From contig CAYRQJ010000002.1 of the NCBI GenBank assembly GCA_964426555.1, forward strand, positions 114,837 to 161,389: a stretch of 46,553 nucleotides of DNA, read 5' to 3'. The notes beneath the pieces are model-generated. The model was not told the DNA's origin. It worked only from the letters and a program-made list of their open reading frames with translations, and did not search any database. The stretch comes from an uncultured Candidatus Saccharibacteria bacterium (GTDB lineage Bacteria; Patescibacteriota; Minisyncoccia; Phycocordibacterales; UBA9973). Below, piece by piece: positions 16,046 to 24,212 of the stretch (position 1 is its first letter; the number at the start of each line of letters is the position of its first letter). A program made the translations under genes and the position numbers.

Positions 16046-16615
16046 TTAAAATTTGCGAATTACAGCACGCACAATAGCGTTGATAAGTAAAAATTGTTTT
16101 GGGTAAATTGGTTTATAATTTTTGTTAGCGGGTTCAAGCCATACCTTGTCACCCTGTTTCTTAAAATATTTCATTGTAAATTCCCCGTCAACATTGGCTA
16201 TAACCATGTCCCCGTCTTTAGCATAGTTTGTTTTTTCTACTATTACCATATCGCCGTCGGCAATGTGGGCTTCTATCATAGAATCTCCATCAACTTCTAA
16301 AATATAAGTATTGTCTTTTTTAGGAGTTAGATAGTCTAATAAATTTAAAGTGTCATTTGCTTCTTCAGCTACGTCTGCTGGGAAACCAGCTTTAATGCTA
16401 CCCAGTAATGGAATATCATTAAAAGATGACTGCGGAACAAGACGACCCAAATGATCTTTAGCAACTATACCCATTTCTATAAGTTTATCTACAACGCGAG
16501 AAACTGCATTCTTGGATTTAAATCCAAACAAATGCATCATCTCGGTATACGTGGGCATTCTTTTTTCCCTACTATAGAATGTATTTAGTTTTTGTTTATA
16601 ATCTTGATTATCCAT
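16046..16615 (-). CDS. lexA: LexA-like repressor (HTH + S24 autopeptidase), stand-alone
   Basis: 189 aa; LLGSIKAGFPADVAEE (Ala-Gly site), EVDGDSMIEAHI (Ser), EFTMKYFK (Lys). N-terminal wHTH-like region. Confidence 0.8.
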   Translation of the reverse strand: MDNQDYKQKLNTFYSREKRMPTYTEMMHLFGFKSKNAVSRVVDKLIEMGIVAKDHLGRLVPQSSFNDIPLLGSIKAGFPADVAEEANDTLNLLDYLTPKKDNTYILEVDGDSMIEAHIADGDMVIVEKTNYAKDGDMVIANVDGEFTMKYFKKQGDKVWLEPANKNYKPIYPKQFLLINAIVRAVIRKF

Positions 16616-16624
16616 TTTTATATT

Positions 16625-16855
16625 TTAGTGTTGGAAAGATGAAGCAGAGAAAAATCGGTTAAACATTGTGCTCTTAATAGAACCTGGTTGTACTTTTTGA
16701 GAACGGAATTTGTGTTGCCAAATCTTTTCTAAAATTATACGGTGGTCACGTGCTTCTTTTACGTACTTTTCACCTATTAAAATTTTGTGGTCGATGATTC
16801 GGTTTAAGATGCGAATCTTCTTTTCTAATTGGCTTAGATATTCTTCGTGTGTCAT
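16625..16855 (-). CDS. hypothetical 76-aa protein co-transcribed with lexA
   Basis: Open frame 9 nt upstream of lexA, behind the SOS-box promoter. No family recognised. Confidence 0.5.
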   Translation of the reverse strand: MTHEEYLSQLEKKIRILNRIIDHKILIGEKYVKEARDHRIILEKIWQHKFRSQKVQPGSIKSTMFNRFFSASSFQH

Positions 16856-16894
16856 ATATTTATATACATTATTTACTAATTTACCGGTATATAT

Positions 16895-16923
16895 ATTATA
16901 TGTGAACGAGCGTACACATGCAA
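16895..16923 (-). promoter_or_regulatory. promoter with embedded LexA (Cheo-type) box
   Basis: Minus strand: TTGCAT (16918-16923), 17 nt, TATAAT (16895-16900). The spacer is the near-palindrome TGTGTACGCTCGTTCACA (16901-18). This is GTAC-N4-GTTC, one mismatch from GAAC-N4-GTTC. Confidence 0.45.
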
Positions 16924-16942
16924 GTATTTTGTAGCAGGGAAG

Positions 16943-16953
16943 TGTGGATAACT
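16943..16953. promoter_or_regulatory. DnaA-box-like 11-mer TGTGGATAACT (copy 3 of 3)
   Basis: Identical 11-mer 88 nt upstream of the ATG at 16855, just upstream of the lexA-operon promoter. Confidence 0.3.
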
Positions 16954-17014
16954 TTTTTAAGCTTTATTTTTAAATAAAAATTATCTAAATTAAATATTTT
17001 TATTTGAAAAATTT

Positions 17015-17536
17015 TTAAAGACTACCATCAAGGTCGACTATTTTAACCATTGGGACTGCTCCGGCAGTACGAAAAATTTTTAATCTCTTCTCACCTATTA
17101 ACACATAGTTGATTCCTTTATATTTTACAATTAATGGAACTTCTACCATTTTGTCTTTTACCATACGATTTAATAAATCTTTTGCATCAGACCCCATTCC
17201 ATTTACAAATTCTTTGAATTTTGTTTCGTCTATAATTTTTTCTAAATTGTGTGATTCGTCGTCTTGTAAAGTTGACCACAATTCATCATTTAATAATTCT
17301 GGTGATACATATTCATTATCAATAAGGTTTTCTAGTTTATAAACAATGTCATTAAAATCTTCATCGTTTCTTTTATGATTTAATTTATTTACAACAAAGC
17401 CTTCTATTTTGTCTACATCGGCAGCAAAAGAAGGCTGTCCCCAATTAGAAAAACTTTTAACTTTGTCTATTGTATTTATATTTTCTGAACCACCTGTCTT
17501 AAAATCAGGAGATCTAAAGCTACCAAATATTCCCAT
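17015..17536 (-). CDS. hypothetical protein
   Basis: 173 aa, acidic. No family recognised. Confidence 0.55.
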   Translation of the reverse strand: MGIFGSFRSPDFKTGGSENINTIDKVKSFSNWGQPSFAADVDKIEGFVVNKLNHKRNDEDFNDIVYKLENLIDNEYVSPELLNDELWSTLQDDESHNLEKIIDETKFKEFVNGMGSDAKDLLNRMVKDKMVEVPLIVKYKGINYVLIGEKRLKIFRTAGAVPMVKIVDLDGSL

Positions 17537-17539
17537 AAT

Positions 17540-18628
17540 TTATTTTATACTTTGGCCTGTTTTTACAACATGCTTTACTAATGTTTGAGTATACCCCATT
17601 TCATTATCATACCAACCCAAAACTTTTACTAAATTACCGTCCACTACGCGTGTTAATGCCAAGTCTGCAATACAAGGAACGCTGGCACCCAATATGTCAG
17701 TAGAAACAATTGGTTTTTCGGTTACTTGGAATAAATCCATCCATTCTTTTGTTCCGGCTGCGTCTTTTAAAATTTGATTTACTTCCGCAGTAGTAGTGTT
17801 ACGAGATGCTACAAATGTAATATCTACAATTGAGCCAGATGGCACAGGTACACGCATAGCAATACCGTCGAATTTACCTTTTAGTTTTGTGTATACTTCG
17901 GCAACAGCAATAGCCGCGCCAGTTGAAGACGGTACAATATTTTGTGCAGCACCACGGCCTTCACGGAAATCTTTTTTACTTGGACCATCTACTAAAGACT
18001 GTGAAGCAGTATATGCATGAGTAGTAGAAAGCATAGCTTTTTCAATACCAATAGTTTTATCTAGTATGGCAATTAGTGGACTAGCACCGTTTGTAGTACA
18101 TGATGCATTACTAGTAACATCACAAGTACCAAATTTTTCTTCATTTACGCCCAGTAAAATTGTTTCGCCAATTATGCTAGTATCTTCACCCATTTTTGCC
18201 GGAGCAGAAATAACAACTTTTTTAGCACCAGCTAAGATGTGCCCGTTGGCTTTGTCGTAAGTTGTAAAAAACCCAGTAGATTCTACAACTACATCAATAT
18301 TTAAATCTTTCCAAGGAAGCTTTGATGGTTCTTTTTCAGCCAAGACTGTAACAACTTCGTTACGTCCATTAGCACCAGTTACGTTTAATGTGCCACCAAT
18401 ACCATTAGCGTTTGCACTGCCAGCTACAGTAAATAGTCTTTCACGGTAAACAGAATCAAATTCTAAAAGATAAGCTAGTGAATCCATGCTACCCAAGTCA
18501 TTCACAGCAACAACATCGATATGTGGGTTGTTCCAAGCAATTCTGTAAAATGCGCGACCAATTCGTCCAAATCCATTAATAGCTACACGCAACTTTTTTT
18601 CTTCTTTCTTAAATATTCCCATATACAA
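17540..18628 (-). CDS. gap: glyceraldehyde-3-phosphate dehydrogenase
   Basis: VAINGFGRIGR and SNASCTTN motifs. The start could be the ATG two codons downstream (18622). Confidence 0.9.
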   Translation of the reverse strand: MYMGIFKKEEKKLRVAINGFGRIGRAFYRIAWNNPHIDVVAVNDLGSMDSLAYLLEFDSVYRERLFTVAGSANANGIGGTLNVTGANGRNEVVTVLAEKEPSKLPWKDLNIDVVVESTGFFTTYDKANGHILAGAKKVVISAPAKMGEDTSIIGETILLGVNEEKFGTCDVTSNASCTTNGASPLIAILDKTIGIEKAMLSTTHAYTASQSLVDGPSKKDFREGRGAAQNIVPSSTGAAIAVAEVYTKLKGKFDGIAMRVPVPSGSIVDITFVASRNTTTAEVNQILKDAAGTKEWMDLFQVTEKPIVSTDILGASVPCIADLALTRVVDGNLVKVLGWYDNEMGYTQTLVKHVVKTGQSIK

Positions 18629-18635
18629 TATTATA

Positions 18636-20072
18636 CTACTTTAGCAAATCTATTAAAACTTCTTTGGCCATTTGAGGGTTTGCAGATCCGCCAGATTCTT
18701 TCATGATTTTACCAACTAGAGACATGATGGCATTTTCTTTACCAGACTTATATGAAGCTACTACATCTGGAGATTCGTCTATCAATTTTTGTGCAAGATT
18801 TTTTAATGCTTCAGGGTCATTTTTTTGTATTATGTTGTTAGCTTCGGCGTATGCACGAGGAGACTGCGGGTCTTTAACCATTACAGCTAAAATATCTTTT
18901 GCTCCACGTGAAGATAATTCCCCACCTACTGTCATGCTAATAAGCTCCGCAAAATCTTCGGGCGTTGGTAGTAATGCATCTACATCGTTTTTCATAATAC
19001 CTGCAAGGTCTGACGTAATATAGTTAGCAATTGTTTGGTAAGCATCTTTGTTTTCAACTTTTGAAACTACTGCTTCAAAGAAATCGCCTATTACAAGATC
19101 TTGAACAAATAATTCAATATCACTGTCTTTAATTCCAAATTCATTTTTATAGCGGTCTCTTTTTTGCCAAGGTAATTCTGGTAAATTATTTTTTACCAAA
19201 TCCAGGTCATACATTGAATGCAAAAATAGTTTTGGTAAATCTGGTTCTGGGAAATAGCGATAATCTTCCGCGTTTTCTTTACTACGCTGTGAGACAGTGA
19301 TTTGTTTGTTTTCGTCCCAACCACGAGTTTCTTTGATTATTTCGTCTTGTTTACCAGCGTCCCATAGTGCAGTCATTCTTTTGATTTCGTATTCGGCAGC
19401 ACGTTTGGCAGCTTGGAAAGAATTGATATTTTTTACTTCTACATATTTTGGCCACATTTTATCAGCATCAGGAGAAATAGAAACATTTACTTCTACACGC
19501 ATTTGACCACGTTCCATATTTGCATCACTGGCTCCCAATGTGCGCAGCAGTAATTGTAATTCTTTTGCAAAACCAACTATTTCTTCGGGATCTTTTATAA
19601 CTGGTTCGGTAACAAGTTCCATTAGTGGTACACCTGCACGGTTGTAGTTTACTAAAGAAAAATTACCCTGATCATGTGAACTGGTTGCTGTATCTTCTTC
19701 TAAATGAATACGAGTGATTTTAATACCACCAAGTTCTCCTCCAGACACAATCGGGTATTTATATTGAGAGATTTGATAAGCTTTGGGAATATCTGGATAA
19801 AAATAATTTTTACGGTCAAATTCGGTAAAGTCTGCAATGTCGGCATTAATAGCCAGCCCAATACGCACCATATGGTCCACAGCGGCGCGGTTTAGTACTG
19901 GCAATGTTCCAGGTTGTGCAGTACATACTGGGCAAATATTTGTATTTGGCTTTGGTTCAGGAACACCATCTGGGAGCGCTGTTACATTTGCACAACTACA
20001 AAAAGCTTTAGAATTTGTCTTTAATTCAGCATGAATTTCTAGCCCAATTGTTACATAGTATTTATTGTCCAT
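18636..20072 (-). CDS. gatB: Asp-tRNA(Asn)/Glu-tRNA(Gln) amidotransferase subunit B
   Basis: 478 aa; IGLEIHAELKT...KAFCSC and C-terminal YqeY-like domain. Confidence 0.9.
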   Translation of the reverse strand: MDNKYYVTIGLEIHAELKTNSKAFCSCANVTALPDGVPEPKPNTNICPVCTAQPGTLPVLNRAAVDHMVRIGLAINADIADFTEFDRKNYFYPDIPKAYQISQYKYPIVSGGELGGIKITRIHLEEDTATSSHDQGNFSLVNYNRAGVPLMELVTEPVIKDPEEIVGFAKELQLLLRTLGASDANMERGQMRVEVNVSISPDADKMWPKYVEVKNINSFQAAKRAAEYEIKRMTALWDAGKQDEIIKETRGWDENKQITVSQRSKENAEDYRYFPEPDLPKLFLHSMYDLDLVKNNLPELPWQKRDRYKNEFGIKDSDIELFVQDLVIGDFFEAVVSKVENKDAYQTIANYITSDLAGIMKNDVDALLPTPEDFAELISMTVGGELSSRGAKDILAVMVKDPQSPRAYAEANNIIQKNDPEALKNLAQKLIDESPDVVASYKSGKENAIMSLVGKIMKESGGSANPQMAKEVLIDLLK

Positions 20073-20093
20073 AAAACGATTATAGCAGAAAAA

Positions 20094-21104
20094 TTATTGT
20101 TCTTCAGCTTGACTATTTGCCAAGGTATTTGATTGTTTTATTTCATTAACTACAGTATCTGCAAGTAGTTTTACTAATTTATCGTCGTATAAAGAAAGCG
20201 GGATTATTGTTTTTTTTGTTTCTTTTTCAAGTAAAGAAATTTTGTCAGACAAATCTTCGGGGTCTACAATATCGGTTTTTGAAATTACAATTATTTCTTT
20301 TTTTCTAGTTAGTTCTGGGTCATAGGCAAATAGTTCTGCGCGGATTTTTTTGTAAGCATCAACTACATCAGCATTGTCGGCTGAAATAATATGTAAAATT
20401 ATATTTGTACGAGAGACATGTTTTAAAAATCTAATTCCTAACCCTTTACCATCACTAGCACCTTCGATAAGTCCTGGAATATCCGCAAAGATAAATCCGT
20501 GGTACACCCCAAGATGCGGGTCAAGTGTTGTAAAATTATAGTCACCTACTTTTGATTTTGCATTTGTAAGAATATTTAAAAGACTGGATTTACCAGCATT
20601 GGGATATCCAACCAAACCAACATCGGCGATCATTTTTAGTTCTACAAAAAATTCACCTTCTTCACCGGGCTTACCCGGAGTAGCTTCCAATGGAGAAACG
20701 TTTAAAGAACTTTTGAAATGTTCATTTCCAAAACCGCCTTTACCGCCACCCAGTATCATAAATCTATCATCATCGTGCAATATTTCAAAAACTTCACCTG
20801 TATTTTCATTTGTAACAACACTACCAACAGGTAAAGAAATTTCTACATCTTTACCATTTTGGCCATGCTTACTACGGCCTTCACCCGGAGATCCATCGCT
20901 GGCAATAAATTTCTTTTGAGCTTTTTTATAAGTTCCAAGAATATTTGTATCTCGACAAGCTTTAATATATACATTACCACCCCAGCCGCCGTCGCCGCCG
21001 TTGGGACCTCCTTTGTCTATAAATTTTTCTTGACGCCAACGAACAACCCCGTCACCACCTTTGCCGGCTTTTGCTATAAATTTTAGTTCGTCTGTTAGTG
21101 CCAT
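20094..21104 (-). CDS. obg: GTPase Obg
   Basis: Gly-rich Obg fold (GGDGGWGGNVY) plus G domain (GYPNAGKSSLL, DIPGLIEGA, SKTD). Confidence 0.9.
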   Translation of the reverse strand: MALTDELKFIAKAGKGGDGVVRWRQEKFIDKGGPNGGDGGWGGNVYIKACRDTNILGTYKKAQKKFIASDGSPGEGRSKHGQNGKDVEISLPVGSVVTNENTGEVFEILHDDDRFMILGGGKGGFGNEHFKSSLNVSPLEATPGKPGEEGEFFVELKMIADVGLVGYPNAGKSSLLNILTNAKSKVGDYNFTTLDPHLGVYHGFIFADIPGLIEGASDGKGLGIRFLKHVSRTNIILHIISADNADVVDAYKKIRAELFAYDPELTRKKEIIVISKTDIVDPEDLSDKISLLEKETKKTIIPLSLYDDKLVKLLADTVVNEIKQSNTLANSQAEEQ

Positions 21105-21111
21105 ATAATTA

Positions 21112-21975
21112 TTAGTTTTCTATTATTTTAGTAATTCCTGGTAATGGGTGAGACAATGCTTCTACTGCAAAACCAGCTGCATTGTGGTGGCCACCACCGC
21201 CATATTTGCCTGCAATTGCAGACACGTCTACGCTACCATCTCCACGCAAAGAGCATTTCCAGCCCCATTTTTCGTAATTAAAGATTAAAGCAAATGGACC
21301 ATGTTTAGAAGACAGTAAATGACCCAAATCGCTGGCTACTATATTATTAGCATTTACAGCATAAATTGTATAGCCTTCAAATTCTACAAGCTCAGCTTTG
21401 TTGGCAAAATATTCAACTTGTCTTTCATGGACACTGCGTAGTAGTGTACCTTGTTCTAATATTTTTAAATACCCATCTTCGGTTTCTAAATCTTTTGCAA
21501 TTTTAGAATATACAGCAAAATCAAAATTTGAAACATGAATATAAGCAATTATTGATTTTGCATCCAGTAGAGAAAATCGATACAAATCACCATCTTCAAT
21601 ATATTCGATTAATTTTGGTATTTTTTCATTTGGGAAAAAATATTCCCAAGCTAAATATGCTGCACTATGGTCGTTGTTAAAAACATGTTCATTTATAGAA
21701 GTTACATTATCGCGAGCAGAAATATGGTGATCAATTATTACTAATTTTTTTGCCTTTTGTTCTAAATCTAATAAAACATCTTTAGGGTAAGAATAATCAA
21801 TAATGTAAACTGTTTTACCGTCTAAATTGACATGGTAATGGTCTCGATCTTCCGCAGGAATATACGACGCACTGTCTCCAAATTTTTGATATGCAACCCA
21901 AGCACCAGCAAATCCATCACTGCATTTTGCGTGATAAATTACTACGATATCTGTTGTTATAATTAAGGAATCCAT
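21112..21975 (-). CDS. DHH/DHHA1 family phosphoesterase
   Basis: IYHAKCSDGFAGAW, IIDHH and GGGGHHNAAGF motifs. Confidence 0.8.
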   Translation of the reverse strand: MDSLIITTDIVVIYHAKCSDGFAGAWVAYQKFGDSASYIPAEDRDHYHVNLDGKTVYIIDYSYPKDVLLDLEQKAKKLVIIDHHISARDNVTSINEHVFNNDHSAAYLAWEYFFPNEKIPKLIEYIEDGDLYRFSLLDAKSIIAYIHVSNFDFAVYSKIAKDLETEDGYLKILEQGTLLRSVHERQVEYFANKAELVEFEGYTIYAVNANNIVASDLGHLLSSKHGPFALIFNYEKWGWKCSLRGDGSVDVSAIAGKYGGGGHHNAAGFAVEALSHPLPGITKIIEN

Positions 21976-22092
21976 CCCGTTAGAAACAGATCGCGATCAA
22001 TTCACGATTTTGTTTTATTATATTTATAATTTTATTTTTATTTAAATTCATATTTCTATTTTTATATTATTGCGATCGCGGTTTCTAACGGG
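21976..22092. repeat. palindromic intergenic element, long copy 1
   Basis: CCCGTTAGAAAC-AGATCGCGATC ... GCGATCGCG-GTTTCTAACGGG; AT-rich interior. Abuts the ATG at 21975. Confidence 0.8.
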
Positions 22093-22100
22093 ACCAATTA

Positions 22101-22442
22101 CTAACTAACCATCCGATTATTAAACCAAGCCAATATAGAAAGTATAATTGCTCCAAAGATTGCAGCTGGTAATGATGATATAACAAAACCAGTAACCAAT
22201 GACCCCAAGAACCACAAAGCAAAAGTATTAAAGATCATAGAAATAATCATTAAAGAAAGAAGATTTACTGGAATATGAAAAGCTTCAGTAACTGGTTTTA
22301 TCATTACATGAACTATAGTAAGAAAACCTGCCACAAGCGCTGCGGTAATTGCATTGTCTATTGTTGCTCCGGTTACAAAATGCGCTAACGCTCCTACGGC
22401 TAGTAAAATTGTAAACCAATGATAAATAAGTTTTAATACCAT
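22101..22442 (-). CDS. phage-holin-family-IV-like small membrane protein
   Basis: 113 aa with 4 TM segments. Resembles the Phage_holin_4_2 family, which is widely present in chromosomes. Confidence 0.6.
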   Translation of the reverse strand: MVLKLIYHWFTILLAVGALAHFVTGATIDNAITAALVAGFLTIVHVMIKPVTEAFHIPVNLLSLMIISMIFNTFALWFLGSLVTGFVISSLPAAIFGAIILSILAWFNNRMVS

Positions 22443-22444
22443 AA

Positions 22445-22903
22445 TTAATTAAATAAATCTTCTACTACACTTTTAATTACAGAGCCGTCTCCACGGTCAC
22501 CTAGTTCTTTTTTAATAGCACCAATAAGAATTCCCATTTTTGATTTATCTTCTATACCCATTTGGATTTTTACTTTTTCGGCAATTATTTTTACTTCTTC
22601 TGCTCCAGCTTGAGCCGGAACGTAAGTAGTTAGAATATTTAACTGAGCAGAATCTTCATTAGCTAAATCCATTCGTCCGGCTGCAGTAAATTGAGAAATT
22701 GAATCTTCGCGTTGTTTTATAATACGACGAATAACCCGAATAGCGTCAGCATCTTCTAAGACATCTTGCGGAGTCTTGCCTGTAGATACTAATTCATTCA
22801 TAAATGCGGTCATAAGACCTCGTATTACTTCTAATTTAACAGTATCTTTGGCCAGCATGGCTTCTTTTAAGGAATTTTTTATAGTTATATGAATGTCGTT
22901 CAT
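22445..22903 (-). CDS. GatB/YqeY domain protein
   Basis: 152 aa; LKEAMLAKDTVKLEVIRGL... is typical of the YqeY family. Confidence 0.85.
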   Translation of the reverse strand: MNDIHITIKNSLKEAMLAKDTVKLEVIRGLMTAFMNELVSTGKTPQDVLEDADAIRVIRRIIKQREDSISQFTAAGRMDLANEDSAQLNILTTYVPAQAGAEEVKIIAEKVKIQMGIEDKSKMGILIGAIKKELGDRGDGSVIKSVVEDLFN

Positions 22904-22907
22904 ATTG

Positions 22908-22933
22908 GTAGTATAGCATGTATGCTATACTAC
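22908..22933. promoter_or_regulatory. 26-bp palindrome in the divergent promoter gap (candidate operator / mirrored -10 boxes)
   Basis: GTAGTATAGCAT-GT-ATGCTATACTAC, with perfect 12-bp arms. The minus-strand TATACT (22910-22915) lies 6 nt before the ATG at 22903. Confidence 0.4.
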
Positions 22934-22941
22934 TGTGTAGT

Positions 22942-23673
22942 ATGAAATACACACATATATTTTTTGATACAGAAACAACAGGCAACACAGACAATGACTA
23001 TTTATGTCAAATTGCTTGGAAAAAAGAAGGTGAAGAAGAAATGACCGATGGGCTATTTTTGCCACCTGTTCCAATGAGTATTGAATCCATGGCGGTATGT
23101 CATGTGACTAATAAAATGCTAGTTGGCAAACCTCCATTTCAAGGCAGTGATTTATGGAATGAATTTAAAAAAATAAATGACGATAAAAGTAATGTATGGA
23201 TAGCGCATAATGCTAAATTTGATATTGGTATGATGAAGCGTGAAAATATAGATGTTACTGAATACATTGATACATTAAAAATTGCCCGATTTGTTGACCG
23301 TAACGGAGAATTACCAAAATACAATTTACAATATTTACGATATTTTTATGAAATTGAAATAGATGCTATAGCCCACGATGCTCGTGGAGATATTTTAGTA
23401 CTAGAAGCAGTGTTTCAATATTTAGCAAAAAAAGTTAGCGAGCTTACTGGCGAAACTGGAGATGATTTAACTAAAAGAATGATTACGATATCGTTTGAGC
23501 CATTCTTGATAAAAACTTTTACATTTGGTAAATATAATGGAAAAAATATTGCAGATGTTGCACACGAAGACCCTGGATATTTAATGTGGCTATTAAAACA
23601 AAAAGAAGAATCAGCTAGTGACACTGAAGAAGACTGGTTATATACATTGCGTTATTATTTAAATATAAAATAA
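22942..23673 (+). CDS. DEDDh 3'-5' exonuclease with C-terminal DUF3820-like domain
   Basis: IFFDTETTGN, AHNAKFD and HDARGD motifs. C-terminus FGKYNGKNIADVAHEDPGYLMWLL. The ATG at 22942 is preferred over 22918, which lies inside the palindrome. Confidence 0.75.
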   Translation: MKYTHIFFDTETTGNTDNDYLCQIAWKKEGEEEMTDGLFLPPVPMSIESMAVCHVTNKMLVGKPPFQGSDLWNEFKKINDDKSNVWIAHNAKFDIGMMKRENIDVTEYIDTLKIARFVDRNGELPKYNLQYLRYFYEIEIDAIAHDARGDILVLEAVFQYLAKKVSELTGETGDDLTKRMITISFEPFLIKTFTFGKYNGKNIADVAHEDPGYLMWLLKQKEESASDTEEDWLYTLRYYLNIK

Positions 23674-23697
23674 ACCCCGCATTACGGGGTTTATTTT
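23672..23697. terminator. bidirectional hairpin terminator
   Basis: AAACCCCG-CATTA-CGGGGTTTATTTT, between convergent genes. Confidence 0.75.
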
Positions 23698-23703
23698 ACG
23701 AAA

Positions 23704-24138
23704 TTAATATCCGCGCCAGTAAGAATACATATTGTTGTTAGTATATCCGCCATATGTTGGATATGCATAATAATCATTGTATCCATAATTATTGTAGTTT
23801 CCGTAACCATAGTTGTTATAGTTTCCGTAACCATAGTTATTGTAATTATTATAACCATAGTTGCTATAACTACCAGAACCATAGTTATTGTAGTTACCGT
23901 AACCGTAGCTATTATTACCGTATCCATAACCGTAGTCGTCGTAACCACCATAACCATAGTCATCATATCCATAACCATAGTCGTCGTAACCACCATAGTT
24001 TGAACTATAAGAACCATAGCCACCACCAAAACCAAGACTTATACTAAACGCATCTGCATTTTTAGTAGCACTAAAGAATGCAATAAATGCAAAACTGGCG
24101 ATAATTAAAGTTTTTACTATATACTTATTCATGACCAT
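23704..24138 (-). CDS. secreted Gly/Tyr/Asn-rich low-complexity repeat protein
   Basis: Signal peptide (..KTLIIASFAFIAFFSATKNADA) followed by about 110 aa of GYG/NNY/DDYGYG repeats. The likely true start is the ATG at 24132 (leaderless). Confidence 0.7.
   Translation of the reverse strand: MVMNKYIVKTLIIASFAFIAFFSATKNADAFSISLGFGGGYGSYSSNYGGYDDYGYGYDDYGYGGYDDYGYGYGNNSYGYGNYNNYGSGSYSNYGYNNYNNYGYGNYNNYGYGNYNNYGYNDYYAYPTYGGYTNNNMYSYWRGY
23760..24020. repeat. degenerate short tandem repeats encoding the GYN-rich region
   Basis: Reiterated units such as GTTTCCGTAACCATAGTT. These produce the spurious overlapping ORFs 23691-24035 and 23754-24047. Confidence 0.6.
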
Positions 24139-24168
24139 ATTATATCACTTTTGTATACTACTTGTCAA
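24139..24168 (-). promoter_or_regulatory. near-consensus promoter, leaderless configuration
   Basis: Minus strand: TTGACA (24163-24168), 18 nt, TATAAT (24139-24144), 6 nt, ATG (24132). Confidence 0.5.
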
Positions 24169-24212
24169 CCCCATAGCGGAGACAAATCTGCTACAGAGCT
24201 GACCCCTATAAA

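Noticed and set aside
8077-16953. DnaA-box 9-mers as evidence for a replication origin
   Set aside because: The three boxes are kilobases apart, single, and not next to dnaA or dnaN or an AT-rich unwinding element cluster. The weak TTCTCCCACA / TTATTCCCCA strings upstream of dnaB (38985-39010) are degenerate. There is no oriC-like clustering.
22101-22442. Holin-family gene as a sign of a prophage
   Set aside because: It is a single small membrane gene inside a housekeeping string (yqeY-like, DHH, obg). There is no endolysin, terminase, capsid or integrase nearby. This family is widespread in non-phage contexts.
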